Shown: positions 1 through 15,000 of the stretch, piece by piece
Position numbering within the stretch: position 1 is the first letter of the stretch
Layout: the number at the start of each line of letters is the position of its first letter
From: Candidatus Oxydemutator sp.
GTDB lineage: Bacteria > Pseudomonadota > Gammaproteobacteria > Poriferisulfidales > Oxydemutatoraceae
DNA length: 64,000 nucleotides
Assembly (NCBI GenBank): GCA_965203445.1
Contig: OZ241883.1
Span: forward strand, 1,600,001-1,664,000
Reading direction: 5' to 3'
Made by a program: the position numbers and the translations under genes
Notes under the pieces: model-generated
The model's database searches: none
Told to the model about the DNA's origin: nothing
What the model saw: only the letters and a program-made list of their open reading frames with translations

Positions 1-3000
1 TAACCGTGAGCATCCTGGATGACGGGGTGGATGAGCAGGCGGAGACGCTGACGCTCAGCACCACGGCGACGGCGACGGTCGCCACCGGCGGCGGCATCGT
101 CAGCCGTTCCGCCGAAACGCAGGATCAGACGGCACAGGCGGTCATCGCCGCGAACGGCGCTGCCGTTCGCTGGTTCCATATCACGGCGCTGCCCGAGGGC
201 ACCACCAGCGTGGCCGAAGGCGCGCAGGCTACCTATGCGATCAGTTACGACGGCACGACGCCGTCCGCGGGCGAGACGATTACCGTGACCTGGGAGGTGG
301 CCGGCACCGGCACGCGCGCCGCGTCCGCCGCCGACTTTGCGCAGAGAACGGGTACCGTGGCGTTTTCTGATTCCGACGCTCCGGGTGCTCCGCGCACCGT
401 TACGCTTCAGATTGCGGAGGACACTCTGAACGAAGGCGACGAGACGTTCACGATCACGATCACCGAGGACAATGGGTTTTCGACGGTGTATTCGACCCGC
501 GCGATGGTCGAGACGACGATCAACAGCGACGCCGACGACGCGCTGGTAGCCTCGATTGCGCGCAGCGATTCGGGCGATCTGGTCGAGGGCGCACCGACGA
601 CGGACACGCGCACGGCTCAGTTTGCCGTCAGTTTGAACTTGACCGCCACGGCCGTGCTGACGATACCGCTTATGGTGAGCGGGGACGTCGGCGATTACAC
701 GCTGACGCCTTCGACGGCGCTGGAGATACCGGAAGGGGCGAAGACCGCCTCGATCACGCTCGAGGCGGCGGACGACGCGTTCAACGAGGGCGCGGAGACG
801 CTGAGCGTCGAGCTGGGCGGGGTGCAGGGAGCGCTCGGCGCGGCTTCGGTGTCGGCGGACGCGAGTTCGGCCGCGGTGACGATAGCCGCGAACGACGAGA
901 TCACGGTGTCGCTGTCGGAGCTTGTGTCCGGCGGTGCGGAAGGCACGACCGCGCGGTTCACGGTGTCGCTTGCGGGCGGCGAGGCGACCGAGGAGACCGT
1001 GGTGCCGTGGCAGGTTGTGTCGGGCACCGTTGGCGGTGCTTCCGCCGCTGATTTTGGAGCCGGAGCCGGCGGTGGCGAGTTGCGCTTTGCGGTGGGCGTC
1101 ATGCAGCAGAGCATATACGTGCGGATTGCCGACGACGACGTGCTCGAGCCCGAGGAGTCGTACATGGTGAGGATCAGCCAGCCGACGGGCGGCGGCAGCG
1201 GTTCCGTGGCTTTGGGCACCCCGTCCGTGGTGACGGCGGTGATTCCTGCTGATTCTCCGATGGTCTGGATAGAGGACGTGACCGCGGAGGTCGCGGAGGG
1301 CAGCGCCGTGGCGATGGCGTTGACCGCCACGTTTGCGACCAATGTGAACGTCAACTACCGGGTGGTTTCCCCGACCGTCGGCGTCAGCATAGACTCTGCT
1401 GATTTGGCGGCGGGTGCGCAAGGCGCGGATTGCTTTGGCGCCACGGCGACATGCGTGACGTCCGTCGGCGCGAGCGCGAATATCCTGTCCACGGTCAACG
1501 ATGCTGCCGTCGAGCCGCCGGAAGGTTTCCGAGTGATGTTGCTGCCGGGCGACGGTTATACGTTGGGTGAGCCGAGCAGCGCGGTGGGCAGCGTCGAGGC
1601 GAGCGACCGCGAGTTGACCATAGCGGTGTCGTCTGCGTCCGCCGACGAGGGAGAGACGCTGGACTTCACCATCGGGCTGACGGCGCAATCGGTAGAGTTG
1701 ACGGAGGCGATGCAGGTGTCGTACCGGGTTACCGGCACGGACGGTATCACCGCCGGAGACTTTGAGGGCGCGCCGCTCGAGAGCATGGTTACGCTGGCCG
1801 CAGGCGAGAGAAGCACGACGTTTTCGATAACCTTGCGCGACGACGGCCTTGAGGAGAGAGCCGAAAGCTTCCGCGTAGAAATCACGGAAGCAACCGGTGG
1901 CGGCGGCGATCACACCAACAACCTGCCGGCCGCGCCGGCGACGGCCGAGATCAACGCCGAAACCCGGCTGATAGCGAGGGCGATTGTTCACCGTGCGGGC
2001 ACCTATTACCGGATGGGCGAATTTGACATCAGCGAATCCGCCGACGGCACCGTCGGTATCGGTGTGGAATTGGTGAATATCGACGGCAACCCCACGACTC
2101 CGCAAGAGTCGGTTACGGTGAGTTACAGGCTGTCCGGATCAGCCGGCGGAGAAGACTACACGAGGTCAGGTACAGGGAACACGCTCACGGTCGGCACCGA
2201 CAAGAGCACTGCAACCGTCACAATCACGCTGATTGACGACAATCTGAACGAGTCCGCCGAAAACGTCGCGATAGAGCTGCTCGCGATCACCGAGGGCACC
2301 GAAACGGCCGTATTGACCTCCAAGGTCTCGTCGAGAAGCACCGCGTTCACGATCAACGACAACGATCCGGCCACCTACGCGATCACGGCCGACGAGAGCA
2401 GCGTGTCCGAGGGCGACGATCCGGGCTATCGGGTTACTTTGGACCGTCCGTCCGCGGGCGATATCACGGTGTCGTACACGGTAAGCGGGATCGCCGCCGA
2501 CGGTTATTCCGTGGGGGGCGCCGCGACTGAGACGACCGTGTTAAGTGGCGAGACCAGCGCCGCTATTGCGCTGACGATATTGGACGACAACGTCAACGAG
2601 GCGACGCAGACGCTGGTCGTAACCATAGGCGACATGCCGCGGATCGGCGCGGGCGCGGGCGCGGTGTCGCGCGCCGCCGACAGTTCGCGGCAGTCGGTCG
2701 AGATAGTATGGAGCGATCCGCTGACCTACGCGGTCGAGTCGCTGACGCCGCGCGTGCCTGATGAACCCGCTACCGCGCGCTTTCGTCTTACGCTGACGGG
2801 TGGCGTTGCCGGCGCGCGGATAACGGTGCCGTACACGCTTTCGATAACCGGCACCAACGCCGTCAACGCCGGCGGCGAGACCGCAGATTTCAGCGATAAC
2901 GACGACGGCAGTTTCGTCGTCGTCGCCGGCAGCACCCACGCCGAGATAACCGTGAGCATCCTGGATGACGGGGTGAACGAGCAAGAGGAGACGCTGACGC

Positions 3001-6000
3001 TGACGGTCGGCGCCACGCCGATAGTCGCCGCCGGCGGCGGCATGGTCAGCCGCTCCGCCGAAGCGCAGGATCAGACGGCGCAGGTGGTCATCCCGGCGAA
3101 CGGCACCGTCGCTCGCTGGTTCCGTATCGCGGCGGTGCCCGAGGGCACCACCAGCGTGACCGAAGGCGCGCAGGCCACCTATGCGGTCAGCTACGACGGT
3201 GCGAGGCCGCTCGCGGGCGTGCCCATTACCGTGACTTGGGAGGTGGCCGGCGCGGCCGGCACCGGCACGCGCGCCGCGTCCGCTGCCGACTTTGCGCAGA
3301 GAACGGGTAGCGTGGAATTTTCTGATACCGACGCTCCGGGCGTCGCCCGCAACGTCATGCTTCGGATTGCCGAGGACACTCTGAACGAGGGCGACGAGGC
3401 GTTCACGATCACGATCACCGAGGACAATCAGTTTTCGCGGGTGTATTCGACCGCTTCGATGGTCGAGACGACGGTTACCGACGATGCCGACGACGCACTG
3501 GCAGTCTCGATTGCGCGCAGTGATTCGGGCGATCTGGTCGAGGGCGCGCCGGTGACGAGCGTGCGCACGGCCGAGTTTGTCGTGACCGTGGGCAACGCGA
3601 CCGCCACCGCGGCGCTGACGATCCCGCTTACGGTGAGCGGCGACGTCGCCGGTGCGGAAGACGCCGACTATACGCTGACGCCTGCGACGATGCTGGAGAT
3701 ACCGGAAGGGATGAGCACCGCCTCGATCACGCTCGAGGCGGTGGACGACGCGCTCAACGAGGGCGCGGAGACGCTGACCGTCGAGCTGGTCGAGGTGCGG
3801 GGAGCGCTCGGCGCGGCCATGGTGTCGGCGGACGCGAGTTCGGCGTCGGCGACGATAGCCGCGAACGACGAGATCACGGTGTCGCTGTCGGAGCTAGTGT
3901 CCGGCGGTGCGGAAGGCACGACCGCGCGGTTCACGGTGTCGCTTGCGGGCGGCGAGGCGACGGCGGAGACCGTGGTGCCCTGGCAAGTTGTGTCGGGCAC
4001 CGTCGGCGGTGCCTCCGCCGCTGATTTCGCGGTCGGTGCCGGCGAGTTGCGCTTTGCGGTGGGTGTCACGCAGCAGAGCATATATGTGCGGATTGCCGAC
4101 GACGACGTGCTCGAGCCCGAGGAGTCGTACATGGTGAGAATCAATCAGCCGACGGGCGGCGGCAGCGGTTCCGTGGTCTTGGGCACCCCGTCCGTGGTGA
4201 CGGCGGTGATTCCCGCTGATTCTCCGATGGTCTGGATAGAGAGCGTGACCGCAAACGTCGCGGAAGGCGGCGCCGTGGCGATGGCGTTGACCGCCACGTT
4301 TGCGACCAACGTGAACGTCAACTACCGGGTGGTTTCCCCGACCGCCGGCGTCAGCATAGACTCCGCTGATTTGGCGGCGGGCGCGCAAGGCGCAGACTGT
4401 TTCGGCACCACGGCGACGTGCGTGACCTCCGTCGGCGCGAGCGCGAATATCCTGTCCACGCTCAACGACGCCGCCGTCGAACCGTCGGAAGGTTTCCGGG
4501 TGGTGCTGCTGGCGGGCGACGGTTATACATTAAGTGAGCCGAGCAGCGCGGTGGGCAGCGTCGAGGCGAGCGACCGCGAGTTGACGATAGCGGCGTTGTC
4601 TGCGTCCGCCGACGAGGGGGAGACGCTGGACTTCGCCATCGGGTTGACGGCGGAATCGGTAGAGTTGACGGAGGCGATGCAGGTGTCGTACCGGGTTATT
4701 ACCAGCACCAGTATCACCGCCGAAGACTTTGAGGGCGCGCTTGAGGGCATGGTTACGCTGGCCGCAGGCGAGAGAAGCACGATGTTTGCGATAACCTTGC
4801 GCGACGACGGCGTGGAGGAGACTGCGGCGGAGAGCTTCCGCGTGGAGATCACCACGGCGACCGGCGGTGGCGGCGACCACACCAACAACCTGCCGGTCGC
4901 GCCGGCGACGGCCGAGATCAACGCCGACGGCCGACTGATGGCAACGGCGTATGTTCAGCGAGGCAGTACCGCTTACCGAGTGGGCGAAGACAATCTTATC
5001 GTCAACGAACACGAAGGCACTGGAGCCGGCAGCATTTATATCGGTGTGGAACTGGTGGATGACGGTGGTAATCCTACGGATCCGCGAGAGTCGGTTACGG
5101 TGAGTTACAGGCTGTCCGGATCAGCCGACGGGGCCGACTACACGAACTCGGATTCGGGGAACACGATCACGGTCGCAACCGACAAGAGCACCGGAACCGT
5201 CACCATCACGCTGGTTGACGACAATCTGAACGAGTCCGCCGAAGACGTTGTGATAGAGCTGCTTGCGATCACCGCGGGCAACGACGCGGCCGTATTGGCC
5301 TCCGAGGCCTCGTCGAGGAGCATCGCGTTCACGATCAACGACAACGATCCGGCCACCTACGCGATCACGGCCGACGAGGGCAGCGTGTCCGAGGGCGACG
5401 ATCCGGGCTACCGGATTACTTTGGACCGGCTGTCCGCGGGCGACATCACGGTGCCGTACACGGTAAGCGGGATCGGCGCCGAGGGTTACTCGGCGGGCAC
5501 CGAGACGACCGTGTTGAGTGGCGAGACCAGCGCGTCCATCGCGCTGACGATAGTGGACGACAACGTCAACGAGGCGACGCAGACGCTGGTCGTAACCATA
5601 GGCGACATGCCGCGGATCGGCGCGGGTGCGGGCGAGGCGTTGCGCGCCGCCGACAGTTCGCGGCAGTCGGTCGAGATAGCGCGGAGCGATCCGCTGACCT
5701 ACGCGGTCGAGTCGCTGACGCCGGACGTGTCCGGCGAACCCGGGACTGCGCGCTTTCGTCTTACGCTGACGGGTGGCGTTGCCGGCGCGCGGATAACGGT
5801 GCCGTACACGCTTTCGATATCCGGCACCAACGCCGTCAACGCCGGCGGCGAGACCGCGGATTTCACCGATAACAACGACGGCAGTTTCGTTGTCGCCGTC
5901 GGCAGCAGCAGCGCCGAGATAAGCGTGAGCATCCTGGATGACGAGGTGGAAGAGCAGGAGGAGACGCTGACGCTGACGGTCAGTGCTACGTCAATAGTTG

Positions 6001-9000
6001 CCGCCGGTGGCGGCGCAGTCAGCCGCTCCACCGAAGCGCAGGATCAGACGGCGCAGGCGGTCATCCCCGCGAACGGCGCCATCGTTCGCTGGTTCCACAT
6101 CACGGCGGTGCCCGAGAGCACCACCAGCGTGGGCGAAGGTGCGCAGGCCATCTATGCGATCAGTTACGACGGTACGACGCCGTCCGCGGGTGAGACGATT
6201 ACCGTGACCTGGGAGGTGGCCGGCGCCGGCATGCGCGCCGCGTCCGCCGCCGACTTTGAGCAGAGCATGGGTAGCGTGGAATTTTCCAATACCGACGCTC
6301 CGGGCGTCGCCCGCAACGTCATGCTTCGGATTGCGGAAGACACTCTGAACGAGGGCGACGAGGCGTTCACGATCACGATCACCGAGGACAATGGGTTTTC
6401 GCGGGTGTATTCGACCGCTTCGATGGTCGAGACGACGGTTACCGACGACGCCGACGACGCGCTGGTGGTCTCGATTGCGCGCAGTGATTCGGGCGATCTG
6501 GTCGAGGGCGCGCCGACGACGGGCGTGCGCACGGCCGAGTTTGTCGTAACCGTGGGCAACGCGACCGCCACCGCGGCGCTGACGATCCCGCTTATGGTGA
6601 GCGGCGACGTCGCCGGTGCGGAAGACGCCGACTACGTGCTGACGCCTTCGGTGGAGCTGGAGATACCGGAAGGGATGAGCACTGCTTCGATCACGTTCGA
6701 GGCGGTGGACGATGCGCTCAACGAGGGCGCGGAGACATTGAGCGTCGAGCTGGGCGGGGTGCAGGGAGCGCTCGGCGCGGCCTCGGTGTCGGCGGACGCG
6801 AGTTCGGCTGCGGTGACGATAGCGGCGAACGACGAGATCACGGTGTCGCTGTCGGAGCTTGTGTCCGGCGGTGCGGAAGGCACGACGGCGCAGTTCACGG
6901 TGTCGCTTGCGGGCGGCGAGGCGACCGAGGAGACCGTGGTGCCGTGGCAGGTTGTGTCGGGCACCGTTGGCGGTGCTTCCGCCGCTGATTTTGGAGCCGG
7001 AGCCGGCGGCGGCGAGTTGCGCTTTGCAGTGGGTGTCACGCAGCAGAACATATATGTGCGGATCGTCGCCGACGACGTGATCGAGTCCGACGAGTCGTAC
7101 ATGGTGAGAATCAGTCAGCCGACGGGCGGCGGCAGCGGTTCCGTGGTCTTGGGCATCCCCTCCACGGTGACGGCGGTGATTCCCGCCGATGTTCCGGTGG
7201 TCTCGATAGAGAGCGTCGTAGCGGACGTCGCGGAAGGCGAGGTCGTGGCGATGGCGTTGACCGCCACGTTTGCGACCAATGTGAACGTCAGCTACCGGGT
7301 GGTTTCCCCGACCGCCGGCGTCAGCATAGACTCTGCTGATTTTGCGGCGGGTGCGCAAGGCGCGGATTGCTTCGGCGCCACGGCGACGTGCGAGACGCCC
7401 GTCGGCGCGAGCATGAATATCCTGTCCACGGTCAACGACGGTGCCGTCGAGCCGTTGGAAGGTTTCCGGGTGGTGCTGTTGCCGGGCGACGGTTATACAT
7501 TGGGTGAGCCGAGCAGCGCGGTGGGCAGCATCGAGGCAAGCGACCGCGAATTGACGATAGCGGCGTCGGATGCGACGTCCGCCAACGAGGGGGAGACGCT
7601 GGAATTCACCGTCGGGCTGACGGCGCAATCGGTAGAGTTGACGGAGGCGATGCGGGTGTCGTACCGGGTTACCGGCACGGCTGTCACTGCCGACGACTTT
7701 GAGGGCGCGCTTGAGGGCATGGTTACGTTGGCCGCGGGCGAGAGAAGCACGATGTTTTCGGTAACCTTGCGCGCCGACAACTACGGGGAGGGGGTAGAAC
7801 GCTTCCGCGTAGAAATCACGGAAGCGATGGGCGGTGGCGGCGATCACACCAACAACCTGCCGGCCGCGCCGGCGACGGCCGAGATCAACGCCGAAGCCCG
7901 GTTGATAGCGAGGGCGTTTGTGCACCATCGGAACGCGCACGCCTATTACCGGATGGGCGAATTCAGCATCGCCGAATCCAGCACCGACACCATTGGTATC
8001 GGTGTGGAACTGGTGGATGCCGACGGCACCCCCACGAATCCGTCAGAGTCGGTTACGGTGCGCTACAGGCTGTCCGGGTCTGCCGGCGGGGACGACTACA
8101 CGAGATCGGGTGGTTCGGGGAACACGCTCACGGTCGGCACCAGCAACAGCACTGCAACCGTCATAATCACGCTGGTTGACGACAATCTGAACGAGTCTGG
8201 CGAAGACGTCGCGATAGAGCTGCTTGCGATCACCGCGGGCACCGAAACGGCCATATTGGCCGCCGCGGCCTCGTCGAGGAGCACCGCGTTCACGATCACC
8301 GACAACGATCCGGCCACCTACGCGATCACGGCCGACGAGGACAGCGTGTCCGAGGGCGACGATCCGGGCTACCGGGTTACTTTGGATCGGGCGTCGGCGG
8401 GCGACATCACGGTATCGTACACGGTGAGCGGGATCGGCGCCGGCGGTTACTCGGCGGGCACCGAGACGACCGTGTTGAGTGGCGAGACCAGCACGGCCAT
8501 CGCGCTGACGATAGTGGACGACGACGTCAACGAGGCGACGCAGACGCTGGTCGTAACCATAGGCGACATGCCGCGGATCGGCGCGGGCGCGGGCGCGGTG
8601 TCGCGCGCCGCCGACAGTTCGCGGCAGTCGGTCGAGATAGTATGGAGCGATCCGCTGACCTACGCGGTCGAGTCGCTGACGCCGGACGTGCCCGACGAAC
8701 CCGCTACCGCACGCTTTCGTCTTACGCTGACGGGTGGCGTTGCCGGTGCGCAGATAACGGTGCCGTACACGCTTTGGATATCCGCGAGCAACACCGTCAG
8801 CCAGACCGCGGATTTCAGGGATAACGACAACGGCAATTTCGTCGTCGCCGCCGGCAGCAGCCGCGCCGAGATAACCGTGGATATCCTGGATGACGGGGTG
8901 AGCGAGGCGGCGGAGACGCTGACGCTGGCAGTCAACACCACGGCGACGGTCGCCGCCGGCGGCGGCATGGTCAGCCGCTCCGCCGAAGCGCAGGATCAGA

Positions 9001-12000
9001 CGGCGCAGGCGGTCATCGCCGAGAACGGCGTCGCCGTTCGCTGGTTCCACATCACGGCGGTGCCCGAGGGCACCACCAGCGTGGGCGAAGGCGCGCAGGC
9101 TACCTATGCGGTCAGTTACGACGGCACGACGCCCTCCGCGGGTGAGACGATTACCGTGACCTGGGAGGTGGCCGGCACCGGCATGCGCGCCGCGTCCGCC
9201 GCCGACTTTGCGCAGAGCGCGGGTAGCGTGGAATTCTCTGATGCCGACGCTCCAGGCGCCGCCCGCAACGTCACGCTTCAGATTGCGGGGGACACTCTGA
9301 ACGAGGGCGACGAGGCGTTCACGATCACGATCACCGAGGACGATCTGCTTTCGCGGGTGTATTCGACCGGTTCGATGGTCGAGACGACGGTTACCGACGA
9401 TGCCGACGACGCGCTGGTGATCTCGATTGCGCGCAGCGATTCGGGTGATCTGGTCGAGGGCGCGCCGACGACGAGCGTGCGCACGGCCGAGTTCGTCGTG
9501 ACCGTGGGCAACGCGACCGCCACCGCGGCGCTGACGATCCCGCTTACGGTGAGCGGCGACGTCGTCGGTGCGGAAGCGGCCGACTACGTGCTGACGCCTG
9601 CGACGATGCTGGAGATACCGGCAGGGATGAGCGCCGCTTCGATCACGCTCGAGGCGGTGGACGACGCGCTCAACGAGGGCGCGGAGACATTGAGCGTCGG
9701 ACTGGTCGAGGTGCAGGGAGCACTCGGCGCGGCCTCGGTGTCGGCGGACGCGAGTTCGGCTGCGGTGACGATAGCCGCGAACGACGAGATCACGGTGTCG
9801 CTGTCGGAGCTTGTGTCCGGCGGTGCGGAAGGCACGACGGCGCGGTTCACGGTGTCGCTTGCGGGCGGCGAGGCGACTGAGGAGACCGTGGTGTCGTGGC
9901 AAGTCGTGTCGGGCACCGTTGGCGGTGCTTCCGCCGCTGATTTTGGAGCCGGAGCCGGCGGCGGCGAATTGCGCTTTGCAGTGGGTGTCGCGCAGCAGAG
10001 CATATATGTGCGGATTGCCGCCGACGACGTGCTTGAGCCCGAGGAGTCGTACATGGTGAGGATCAGTCAGCCGACGGGCGGCGGCAGCGGTTCCGTGGTT
10101 TTGGGCATCCCGTCCGTGGTGACGGCGGTGATTCCCGCTGATTCTCCGGTGGTCTGGATAGAGAGCGTGGCCGCAGAGGTCGCGGAAGGCGGCGCCGTGG
10201 CGATGGCGTTGACCGCCACGTTTGCGACCAACGTGAACGTCAACTACCGGGTGGTTTCCTCGACCGCCGGCGCCAGCATAGACTCCGATGATTTGGCGGC
10301 GGGCGCGCAAGGCGCGGACTGCTTCGGCGCCACGGCGACGTGCGTGACCTCCGTCGGCGCGAGCGCGAATATCCTGTCCACGGCCAACGACGCCGCCGTC
10401 GAGCCGTCGGAAGGTTTCCGGGTGGTGCTGCTGGCGGGCGACGGTTATACATTGGGTGAGCCGAGCAGCGCGGTGGGCAGCATCGAGGCGAGCGACCGCG
10501 AGTTGACGATAGCGGCGTTGTCTGCGTCCGCCGACGAGGGGGAGACGCTGGACTTCGCCATCGGGTTGACGGCGGAATCGGTAGAGTTGACGGAGGCGAT
10601 GCAGGTGTCGTACCGGGTTATTACCAGCACCAGTATCACCGCCGAAGACTTTGAGGGCGCGCTTGAGGGCATGGTTACGCTGGCCGCAGGCGAGAGAAGC
10701 ACGATGTTTGCGATAACCTTGCGCGACGACGGCGTGGAGGAGACTGCGGCGGAGAGCTTCCGCGTGGAGATCACCACGGCGACCGGCGGTGGCGGCGACC
10801 ACACCAACAACCTGCCGGCCGCGCCGGCGACGGCCGAGATCAACGCCGACGGCCGACTGATGGCAACGGCGTATGTTCAGCGAGGCAGTACCGCTTACCG
10901 AGTGGGCGAAGACAATCTTATCGTCGACGAACACGAAGGCACTGGAGCCGGCAGCATTTATATCGGTGTGGAACTGGTGGATGACGGTGGTAATCCTACG
11001 GATCCGCGAGAGTCGGTTACGGTGAGTTACAGGCTGTCCGGATCAGCCGACGGGGCCGACTACACGAACTCGGATTCGGGGAACACGATCACGGTCGCAA
11101 CCGACAAGAGCACCGGAACCGTCACCATCACGCTGGTTGACGACAATCTGAACGAGTCCGCCGAAGACGTTGTGATAGAGCTGCTCGCGATCACCGCGGG
11201 CAGCGACGCGGCCATATTGGCCTCCGAGGCCTCGTCGAGGAGCATCGCGTTCACGATCAACGACAACGATCCGGCCACCTACGCGATCACGGTCGACGAG
11301 GGCAGCGTGTCCGAGGGCGACGATCCGGGCTACCGGATTACTTTGGACCGGCTGTCCGCGGGCGACATCACGGTGCCGTACACGGTAAGCGGGATCGGCG
11401 CCGAGGGTTACTCGGCGGGCACCGAGACGACCGTGTTGAGTGGCGAGACCAGCGCGGCCATCGCGCTGACGATAGTGGACGACAACGTCAACGAGGCGAC
11501 GCAGACGCTGGTCGTAACCGTAGGCGACATGCCGCGGATCGGCGCGGGCGCGGGCGAGGCATTGCGCGCCGCCGACAGTTCGCGGCAGTCGGTCGAGATA
11601 GCGCGGAGCGATCCGCTGACCTACGCGGTCGAGTCGCTGACGCCGGACGTGTCCGGCGAACCCGGGACTGCGCGCTTTCGTCTTACGCTGACGGGTGGCG
11701 TTGCCGGCGCGCAGATAACGGTGCCGTACACGCTTTCGATATCCGGCACCAACGCCGTCAATGCCGGCGGCCAGACCGCGGATTTCACCGATAACAACGA
11801 CGGCAGTTTCGTTGTCGCCGTCGGCAGCAGCAGCGCCGAGATAAGCGTGAGCATCCTGGATGACGAGGTGGAAGAGCAGGAGGAGACGCTGACGCTGACG
11901 GTCAGCGCTACGTCAATAGTTGCCGCCGGTGGCGGCGTAGTCAGCCGCTCCGCCGAAGCGCAGGATCAGACGGCGCAGGCGGTCATCCCGGCGAACGGCG

Positions 12001-15000
12001 CCATCGTTCGCTGGTTCCATATCACGGTGGTGCCCGAGGGCACCACCAGCGTGGGCGAAGGTGCGCAGGCCATCTATGCGATCAGTTACGACGGCACGAC
12101 GCCGTCCGCGGGTGAGACGATTACCGTGACCTGGGAGGTGGCCGGCGCCGGCATGCGCGCCGCGTCCGCCGCCGACTTTGCGCAGAGCATGGGTAGCATG
12201 GGTAGCGTGGAATTTTCCGATGCCGACGCTCCGGGCGTCGCCCGCAACGTCATGCTTCGGATTGCCGAGGACACTCTGAACGAGGGCGACGAGGCGTTCA
12301 CGATCACGATCACCGAGGACAATGGGTTTTCGCGGGTGTATTCGACCGCTTCGATGGTCGAGACGACGGTTACCGACGATGCCGCCGACGCGCTGGTGGT
12401 CTCGATTGCGCGCAGTGATTCGGGCGATCTGGTCGAGGGCGCGCCGACGACGGGCGTGCGCACGGCCGAGTTTGTCGTAACCGTGGGCAACGCGACCGCC
12501 ACCGCGGCGCTGACGATCCCGTTTATGGTGAGCGGCGACGTCGCCGGTGCGGAAGACGCCGACTACGTGCTGACGCCTTCGGTGGAGCTGGAGATACCGG
12601 CAGGGATGAGCACCGCCTCGATCACGCTCGAGGCGGTGGACGACGCGCTCAACGAGGGCGCGGAGACATTGAGCGTCGAGCTGGGCGAGGTGCAGGGAGC
12701 GCTCGGCGCGGCCTCGGTGTCGGCGGACGCGAGTTCGGCCGCGGTGACGATAGCGGCGAACGACGAGATCACGGTGTCGCTGTCGGAGCTTGTGTCCGGC
12801 GGTGCGGAAGGCACGACGGCGCGGTTCACGGTGTCGCTTGCGGGCGGCGAGGCGACCGAGGAGACCGTGGTGCCGTGGCAGGTTGTGTCGGGCACCGTTG
12901 GCGGTGCTTCCGCCGCTGATTTTGGAGCCGGAGCCGGCGGCGGCGAGTTGCGCTTTGCAGTGGGTGTCACGCAGCAGAACATATATGTGCGGATCGTCGC
13001 CGACGACGTGATCGAGTCCGACGAGTCGTACATGGTGAGAATCAGTCAGCCGACGGGCGGCGGCAGCGGTTCCGTGGCTTTGGGCATCCCCTCCACGGTG
13101 ACGGCGGTGATTCCCGCCGATGTTCCGGTGGTCTCGATAGAGAGCGTCGTAGCGGACGTCGCGGAAGGCGAGGTCGTGGCGATGGCGTTGACCGCCACGT
13201 TTGCGACCAATGTGAACGTCAGCTACCGGGTGGTTTCCCCGACCGCCGGCGCCAGCATAGACTCCGCTGATTTGGCGGCGGGTGCGCAAGGCGCGGATTG
13301 CTTCGGCGCCACGGCGACGTGCGAGACGCCCGTCGGCGCGAGCACGAATATCCTGTCCACGGTCAACGACGATGCCGTCGAGCCGTTGGAAGGTTTCCGG
13401 GTGGTGCTGTTGCCGGGCGACGGTTATACATTGGGTGAGCCGAGCAGCGCGGTGGGCAGCATCGAGGCAAGCGACCGCGAATTGACGATAGCGGCGTCGG
13501 ATGCGACGTCCGCCAACGAGGGGGAGACGCTGGAATTCACCGTCGGGCTGACGGCGCAATCGGTAGAGTTGACGGAGGCGATGCGGGTGTCGTACCGGGT
13601 TACCGGCACGGACGGTATCACCGCCGGCGACTTTGAGGGCGCGCTCGAGGGCATGGTTACGTTGGCCGCAGGCGAGAGAAGCACGACGTTTTCGGTAGCC
13701 TTGCGCGTCGACGACTACGGGGAGGGGGTAGAAAGCTTCCGCGTAGAAATCACGGAAGCGATGGGCGGTGGCGGCGACCACACCAACAACCTGCCGGCCG
13801 CGCCGGTGACGGCCGAGATCAACGCCGAAGCCCGGTTGATAGCGAGGGCGTTTGTTTCCCGTGTCAGCATCAATGAATCCGACAGCCCCAACACCGTTGG
13901 TATCGGTGTGCAACTGGTGGATGCCGACGGCACCCCTACGGATCCGTCAGAGTCGGTTACGGTGCGCTACAGGCTGTTCGGGTCTGCCGGCGGGGACGAC
14001 TACACGAGGTCGGGTTCGGGGAACACGTTCACGGTCGGCACCAGCAACAGCACCGCAACCGTCATAATCACGTTGGTTGACGACAATCTGAACGAGTCCG
14101 GCGAAGCCGTCGCGATAGAGCTGCTTGCGATCACCGCGGGCACCGAAACGGCCGTATTGGCCGCCGCGGCCTCGTCGAGGAGCACCGCGTTCACGATCAC
14201 CGACAACGATCCGGCCACCTACGCGATCACGGCCGACGAGGACAGCGTGTCCGAGGGCGACGATCCGGGCTATCGGGTTACTTTGGACCGGCCGTCCGCG
14301 GGCGACATCACGGTGTCGTACACGGTGAGCGGGATCGGCGCCGGCGGTTACTCGGCGGGCACCGAGACGACCGTGTTAAGTGGCGAGACCAGCGCCGCCA
14401 TTGCGCTGACGATAGTGGACGACGACGTCAACGAGGCGACGCAGACGCTGGTCGTAACCGTAGGCGACATGCCGCGGATCGGCGCGGGTGCGGGCGAGGC
14501 GTTGCGCGCCGCCGACAGTTCGCGGCAGTCGGTCGAGATAGTATGGAGCGATCCGCTGACCTACGCGGTCGAGTCGCTGACGCCGGACGTGCCCGGCGAA
14601 CCCGCTACCGCGCGCTTCCGTCTTACGCTGACGGGTGGCGTTGCCGGTGCGCAGATAACGGTGCCGTACCGTCTTTGGATATCCGCGAGCAACACCTCCA
14701 TGCAGACCGCGGATTTCAGGGATAACGACAACGGCAATTTCATCGTCGCCGCTGGCAGCAGCCGTGCCGAGATAACCGTGGATATCCTGGATGACGAGGT
14801 GAACGAGGCGGCGGAGACGCTGACGCTGACAGTCAACACCACGGCGACGGTCGCCGTCGGCGGCGGCATGGTCAGCGGTTCCACCGAAGCACAGGATCGG
14901 ACGGCGCAGGCGGTCATCGCCGAGAACGGCGTCGTCGCTCGCTGGTTCCATATCACGGCGGTGCCCGAGGGCACCACCAGTGTGGGCGAAGGCGCGCAGG